Below are positions 59,901 to 64,000 of a stretch of 64,000 bases of DNA, in pieces (position 1 is the stretch's first letter; every line of letters begins with the position of its first letter). Location: the IMG/VR virus record IMGVR_UViG_641201351_000001, positions 64,001-128,000 of that record, one strand, 5' to 3'. Source of the DNA: a virus. Lineage: Duplodnaviria; Caudoviricetes. The notes below the pieces were generated by a model. That model saw only the letters and a program-made list of their open reading frames with translations, did not search any database and was not told the origin of the DNA. A program made the translations under genes and the position numbers.

Positions 59901-59997
59901 CTGAGCCTAGAAGTTCTTCTATTGAGCCTTTAGATTTTATTAGATTTCTTAGCTCACCTAAAATTTCTTTTGTGTTTTCATCTCTGTCTTCGGGCAT
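56953..59997 (-). CDS. tape-measure-like tail protein
   Basis: 1014 aa, helical, A/G/S-rich with central Gly-rich hydrophobic segments; Pro/Thr repeat near 58800-58880. Confidence 0.6.
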   Translation of the reverse strand: MPEDRDENTKEILGELRNLIKSKGSIEELLGSETGTFSQILSATLKAASRNTQQLIETLQQLEYSVSSVRRSRGISLPYARDLNELQNFLSSLKQQIENLNLLSQATGRNFVEELSQQLPKALNIASVNLGEFRKAVEKFVADLKLQDIRTQEKSIQDIALGAFYKRAIEKFPITGYYLEASGDLDRDFLSNYFDLRQTGAQRAFSEFRSLFELAKSTRNQLSISERIFKSEREIFLSRTLSEFYNESLNAISIARSNFIAQLNRVNESLQKAQSPEEVARLQEERFNYLKSLTQLYAEELKIRNEANKELRELLNSFKNFSIRELDYIFSTTRNPFVDIFASSLRQGFLIGTNVFSAVDNLLARNFPSLSRTPITTPPPTNRTPTPVPTNRPTTDRTPTNFSRGLRVGATGALFGIGLDAILNTLESGNLGEGLRRTFNIENVLKTGASFAVGSLVGLFNPILGVAAGVGTGFLLDKIFPPKEKEEVKQYISETTKNLNQFSIATSAAAVSVGSLGLAASLSANNLVGRNILTSAASVGAGVLAGSAAFLTDFYLQSVNKAYDTFYSRFTQIRLLPQQIREQLGGDVANVSRQFIFGGRVFPANQGFTTEEYLGTSARLFASIGGLSRSVDNFSSALLNSARVANLFGTSIAEAVNLVATSRRALIDERRAIRGAFLLGSEYSAFTKAFSEALISASTSIAIRQGLNPYDYFNTFLTAQTVLRNFSNYQIARLAERNPEIVQQGVSTFNEFIRSGLSGNPIALGIGIRAGLTPLDLQRGATPDNLIQVLRRLSIETGLVSQFTGGRFTAQAENFLIPIMQQVLGLTNISPEVFRTLIASAITGDITRARRIVETELGKGMPTTKTPDEVFARQLDVLNSSFQLLIDTFKENSQAVVSLNKNITTLAAITLKLSEPLGKGIINLTSEAIEGGTDFLYKYLNLSPESKKIIDEMRRNIENIPSTNTASSVSISSTTTPSLQVSSGVRGTHVIIVEGNISSVPLEEFIRNLNIIKK

Positions 59998-60011
59998 ATT
60001 CTTCTTTTTTA

Positions 60012-60536
60012 TTATGCTAGATAAGCTTTGATATTTAGTATTACTGGCAAATTAAACACTCTTTCTATTGCGCCAACTAGACTTACTTTTAGTGCGAAAG
60101 GATAGAAGTCTTGATAATATAACCTTTCTCTAATTTCTATTGAACTTCCTTTAAACGCTATAAACTCATCTATACTCTTACCTTGAAACTCAATTATTTC
60201 TCCATAGGGTGTATAAGATAAGTGAATTTTATTTTTGCCGAAAAAATTTGCAACAACTACTTCTGATTTTATGTTTTTTAGCAGATACAAATCAAATTTA
60301 TCCTGGTGAAATTTATAGTCTATGTATTGACTAATTTTTATCTTATAAACATAAAATTCGCTCTCTAATTCGTTAACGAAATAGAAAAACCTATATTGAA
60401 AATTTCCCAAAATTGAATCTAATTCGTTAAATGTAAAAGTGAGTTTATATGTTTCTTCTGCTAGGTGGCCGCCTAGAGAATTTTTTCTTTCTGAGTTTCT
60501 TATCTTTAGTGGAAAAATAAGATTACTTGAAAACAT
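60012..60536 (-). CDS. hypothetical protein
   Basis: 174-aa ORF in operon context. Confidence 0.7.
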   Translation of the reverse strand: MFSSNLIFPLKIRNSERKNSLGGHLAEETYKLTFTFNELDSILGNFQYRFFYFVNELESEFYVYKIKISQYIDYKFHQDKFDLYLLKNIKSEVVVANFFGKNKIHLSYTPYGEIIEFQGKSIDEFIAFKGSSIEIRERLYYQDFYPFALKVSLVGAIERVFNLPVILNIKAYLA

Positions 60537-60552
60537 AATCTTTTATTTCTTA

Positions 60553-61593
60553 TTATCGCACAGCGAAACAAACTTTCATTGGTGTCAAACTTCTTCTAGT
60601 GCTAAAGCTAGGACAAACGCTTTGTGTCATTGGGCTATATATCTTATTTTGACCAAAACTCTTTAGAAAATTTAAAGGCTCAATGTAGCCATAATACTTC
60701 GCATAAGAGCCTCCATAAAAGATTTCGTCCGAGGTAGCTTGAACATATGAATTATTTTTTCCGAAAAAATTCCAGGGCCCACTTGGATCCATAAAAGAAG
60801 ATATGTAGTACTTGTAATCTATACAATATTGCGTTAATGATGTTGTATTTTTTAGTGTGTCATACAAAATTGCTGATATATAAGCTAAATTTAGGCCTTT
60901 GTCTTTATACATGTTTCTTGGATAGTTTTTGGGAAAATTTGAGTAGATATTTTTTAATGTAGTTTCAAAGTGAAGATGAGATGTGCTATTGCATTTGTAT
61001 TCTCCTATTGAAGCTATTCTTTCTCCCGCCTTGACTTTTTTTCCAATGTTTACTTCTGGAACAACATGACCATAAAGCGCATAGAAAACTTTATCTTGAC
61101 ATCTATGTTCTATTGCCACAAATCCAGAACAATCGCAAGAAGCACTACAAAATCGTCTACTAGCATTGATCACAATGCCGTCAGTTACTGCATATACAGG
61201 AAGTCCTAAATCTTGATTTCCTGAACCGTAGTTTATATCAACGCCTGGATGAAATGAAATATATTTAAAATTTGCTTTATTAATCAACTTTGCTCTGTCT
61301 GATAAAATTTTTCCTCTAGCGAAGTTTAATTTTTGCGGGTTTGTGTTTACTATGAATTCCAAAAGAAGTATTCTATTTTCTATAGATGACAAATCTTGTG
61401 GCAAATTTGGGTAATTTTGTTTGAAGGAAGAATAGTTTAATTCGTAAGATTGTATTAAAGAGGTTATATCAAATAAAATTTTTTGTTCTTGGTGCGTAAA
61501 AAATTTTTGATTGGGATACGGTTCACCATAGTTTGTGGCTATGGTTATTGGTGATAATGAGCAGTTGATTGGAAAGTAAACCTTTTGCGCCAT
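60553..61593 (-). CDS. M23 family peptidoglycan endopeptidase
   Basis: HPGVD (HxxxD), PVYAVTDG, YGHV, HLHFE (HxH). Confidence 0.88.
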   Translation of the reverse strand: MAQKVYFPINCSLSPITIATNYGEPYPNQKFFTHQEQKILFDITSLIQSYELNYSSFKQNYPNLPQDLSSIENRILLLEFIVNTNPQKLNFARGKILSDRAKLINKANFKYISFHPGVDINYGSGNQDLGLPVYAVTDGIVINASRRFCSASCDCSGFVAIEHRCQDKVFYALYGHVVPEVNIGKKVKAGERIASIGEYKCNSTSHLHFETTLKNIYSNFPKNYPRNMYKDKGLNLAYISAILYDTLKNTTSLTQYCIDYKYYISSFMDPSGPWNFFGKNNSYVQATSDEIFYGGSYAKYYGYIEPLNFLKSFGQNKIYSPMTQSVCPSFSTRRSLTPMKVCFAVR

Positions 61594-61597
61594 AACT

Positions 61598-62548
61598 TTA
61601 CCAAGCAGTCATTACTGGTCTGTAATAAGGAGATAATAGTTCTCTTAATCTTTCTTTGTATTCGTTATAAAGATTTTCGTAAAGTAGACCATTGTTTCCA
61701 AAGGATGCGTTAAAGCCTTCTATACCGAAAGACCTAAGTCCTGCAGTTAGGTTTGCAGAAATGGCTAAGATGAATTGCATTGCAGCTCTTATCGCTACTG
61801 CTTCTAGTAAATCGTATGGAGTGTCTGTGTAGCCAAATTCGTAATCAATCACTATGACTTGAGGAATTCTTGGTGCGATTGGACCATATTGCGAACCCCA
61901 AAGTGGGTCTTGAGAGGTTGTTTGTGATAAAATTCTAGCCATTACAGCAGGAAATATGTGTATTTCTCCAGTTCTATAAAAGTAAAATTCATTTGGTTTA
62001 TACAACCTAAAAAAGAGATTTTTCCCTTCGTATCCAGGAGGCGCTGTAAACGCTAAAGCCAAAGAATAAACAGTTATTATTGGGGCATAATAAGTAATAA
62101 TTAGTGGTGTGCCTTTTCCGTCTTGTCTTTCTGCATCACCAATTTTATTTGGGGCAACACGAATATTTGAAACCCATTGGTTTAATTGATCGTTTGTCAA
62201 AAGCTCAAAAGGAAGAGAACCTGGAACATAAAAACTAGGATTGTTACCATAAAGATTTTTTTGAGCCGCTGTTAAATCTTCCCATTTAGGAAATTGATAG
62301 AAATTTTCATTTATGGCATCCTTGTATTTAGCTCTGTTTTCGTAAGCTTCTTTTGGAGTTTTAGGAAGATTTGTAAATCTAGCTGGTGTAAGAGAAGTTC
62401 TCAATCTGTTCTCTATGTATTGTGCAGACCTTTCTATTTCTCTCTCTAAATACTGCTGAACTTCAGGAGTAATTTCTGGTAATAATACACCCTCAACTTT
62501 GTCTAGCAATATTTGAAATATGTCTTGTTTTACTTTTTCTGTAAGCAT
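61598..62548 (-). CDS. head-tail connector/neck-like protein
   Basis: AQYIENRL..., IVIDYEFGYTDTPYDLLEAV..., LLSPYYRP pattern typical of head-completion proteins. Confidence 0.6.
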   Translation of the reverse strand: MLTEKVKQDIFQILLDKVEGVLLPEITPEVQQYLEREIERSAQYIENRLRTSLTPARFTNLPKTPKEAYENRAKYKDAINENFYQFPKWEDLTAAQKNLYGNNPSFYVPGSLPFELLTNDQLNQWVSNIRVAPNKIGDAERQDGKGTPLIITYYAPIITVYSLALAFTAPPGYEGKNLFFRLYKPNEFYFYRTGEIHIFPAVMARILSQTTSQDPLWGSQYGPIAPRIPQVIVIDYEFGYTDTPYDLLEAVAIRAAMQFILAISANLTAGLRSFGIEGFNASFGNNGLLYENLYNEYKERLRELLSPYYRPVMTAW

Positions 62549-62552
62549 AGTC

Positions 62553-62813
62553 TTATATTAGAGTGTATAGATGATAAATTATTGCTATTAGGCCCAAAAT
62601 CATTAATAGCGCCAAAACATGAGCAACCAAAGGTTTTGTTTTTGATTTTCTATAAAATCTTTCAGAAAGCGTAACTCCAGTTAGCTTTATAGATATGTAT
62701 TCTCCTATACCTAGAGCTGTAAGAACCAGAAGAGTAAATATTGACCATTCTTTTAATCCAGCCAAATAAAAAGCAACAGTCCAAATCATGAATGTTCCTA
62801 ATACTATTAGCAT
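62553..62813 (-). CDS. small 3-TM membrane protein, holin candidate
   Basis: 86 aa with three hydrophobic segments, two genes upstream of the M23 peptidase; TAAAAT-6 nt-ATG. Confidence 0.5.
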   Translation of the reverse strand: MLIVLGTFMIWTVAFYLAGLKEWSIFTLLVLTALGIGEYISIKLTGVTLSERFYRKSKTKPLVAHVLALLMILGLIAIIYHLYTLI

Positions 62814-62869
62814 AATTTCATTTTATACAGGAACTTTTGTTTTTTCGCTTTTTGTTTTACAATATAAAT

Positions 62870-63055
62870 GTGCAGACACTTAAAACATGGTATCAAAATA
62901 AGATGTCAGTTTATAGAGAAACAAACAAAACAATTAGAGATATACAAAACTTGAGGACATTTTACTATCTAATGAAAGCAGAACACGGAGAATATGCTAT
63001 AAAGGATTGGAACACCTTATTTCGAAAATTTTTAAAAGAACAAGGACTTTTGTGA
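62870..63055 (+). CDS. small hypothetical protein
   Basis: TACAAT-6 nt-GTG 62870, in frame with the track ORF. Confidence 0.6.
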   Translation: MQTLKTWYQNKMSVYRETNKTIRDIQNLRTFYYLMKAEHGEYAIKDWNTLFRKFLKEQGLL

Positions 63056-63076
63056 TAGAATTAAGTGGAGGAAGTT

Positions 63077-63460
63077 ATGAAGAAGGTAAAAGTAAAGTTT
63101 AATCCAAGAACAACTCTTAGAGTTGCCTACAAAGGTCATATTTACAGACTTAGCACAGAAGATGAAGGACAATTTGTTGAGTTACCAATTTCAACAATGG
63201 GCAAGAAGGAAGCAAAAGAGCTTTTAGAGCATCTAAAAAATATAGGAATTTTATCCTCTTACGACACAGAAGTTGTTGAAGATAAGGAAGAAGTCAATGT
63301 TGTGCCAAACGATGATGTCTTAATGAAAGAAATGGATAATTTAACTGAAGAACAGGATACTGAAAAAAGAGTTGAAGAGGAACAAAATACTGAAGAGCCT
63401 GCGGTTGAGAAAGATACAACAGAAAAGCCAAAAAGAAAAAGAGGAAAGAAAAGCAAATAA
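63077..63460 (+). CDS. hypothetical protein with acidic region and basic tail
   Basis: GGAGG SD before ATG 63077; ends KPKRKRGKKSK. Confidence 0.75.
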   Translation: MKKVKVKFNPRTTLRVAYKGHIYRLSTEDEGQFVELPISTMGKKEAKELLEHLKNIGILSSYDTEVVEDKEEVNVVPNDDVLMKEMDNLTEEQDTEKRVEEEQNTEEPAVEKDTTEKPKRKRGKKSK

Positions 63461-63470
63461 TTAGCTTGTT

Positions 63471-63959
63471 ATGATTCAAATATCGCTTTCTCAAGCAAAC
63501 CCACTAACAACAACATTATCTGGTAGTACTTTTGATGTTAATAATGTAAATTATTATAATGCAGGTGTAATAAAAGAAGAAGATTCAGGGAGAACAAAAA
63601 TTTTTATTTATGGTGAAGATTTACAACTTGTTTTAAGTCCAAAGTTTATCTTTCTAAAAATTAGTGCAGATAAATTTTTGACTCACCAAGATTTTTGCTC
63701 ATCTTATTCTGTTGATATTTGTGATGGGTTTACTATAAATTATCTTCACGGCGCTGAACATATTTCGTTAATTTACATAAGGGGAAACATTCTGAATATA
63801 TTAAGGTTTTTGTTTAGTTTGACGCATCCAATATTCACACTAAACACAACTTTTAATGAAAACTACATACACGCAAAAGTGGCATTTGAAGAAGGGCCGA
63901 TAAAGATAAGAACAGAAAACATTGACGCTGGTAGTCCTTATAAAAAATATTGTTTTTGA
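63471..63959 (+). CDS. hypothetical protein
   Basis: 162-aa ORF following 63077..63460. Confidence 0.65.
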   Translation: MIQISLSQANPLTTTLSGSTFDVNNVNYYNAGVIKEEDSGRTKIFIYGEDLQLVLSPKFIFLKISADKFLTHQDFCSSYSVDICDGFTINYLHGAEHISLIYIRGNILNILRFLFSLTHPIFTLNTTFNENYIHAKVAFEEGPIKIRTENIDAGSPYKKYCF

Positions 63960-64000
63960 AAATTTAAAATAAAAAGCGATGAAAACAAAGTTTGAAATAT

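Overview
A 64-kb segment of a large, AT-rich tailed bacteriophage with nearly all genes on the minus strand. Gene content, sigma70/sigmaA promoters, GGAGGTG Shine-Dalgarno sites, leaderless genes, CAT/TCT tRNAs and a 1744-aa ORF match my recollection of Thermus myovirus phiYS40 and its relatives (not verified by search). There are three zones. (1) 1-20.6 kb, head/virion genes: an HK97-type prohead protease with a nested scaffold-like start, three giant proteins sharing a ~60-aa domain (one with a zincin, one with an SF2 helicase), a degenerate zincin and two paralogous Tyr/Asn-rich proteins. (2) 20.6-52.3 kb, a dense array of about 50 short genes, many with their own promoter. 33 of the 44 proteins between 24.6 and 52.3 kb end in Phe, typically (E/D)-(V/I/L)-F, with synonymous codon variation. 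A MoxR AAA+ / VWA-metallopeptidase pair sits in the middle. Two different dispersed DNA motifs mark gene junctions, one left and one right of ~41 kb. (3) 52.3-64 kb: deaminase, RuvC-like nuclease, a 91-bp tandem repeat, a Hef-like endonuclease/Mom-like fusion, two tRNAs, a tape-measure-like protein, an M23 peptidase, a head-tail connector-like protein and a holin candidate. The best candidate for an undescribed system is the C-terminally tagged protein array together with its AAA+/VWA machine and junction repeats.
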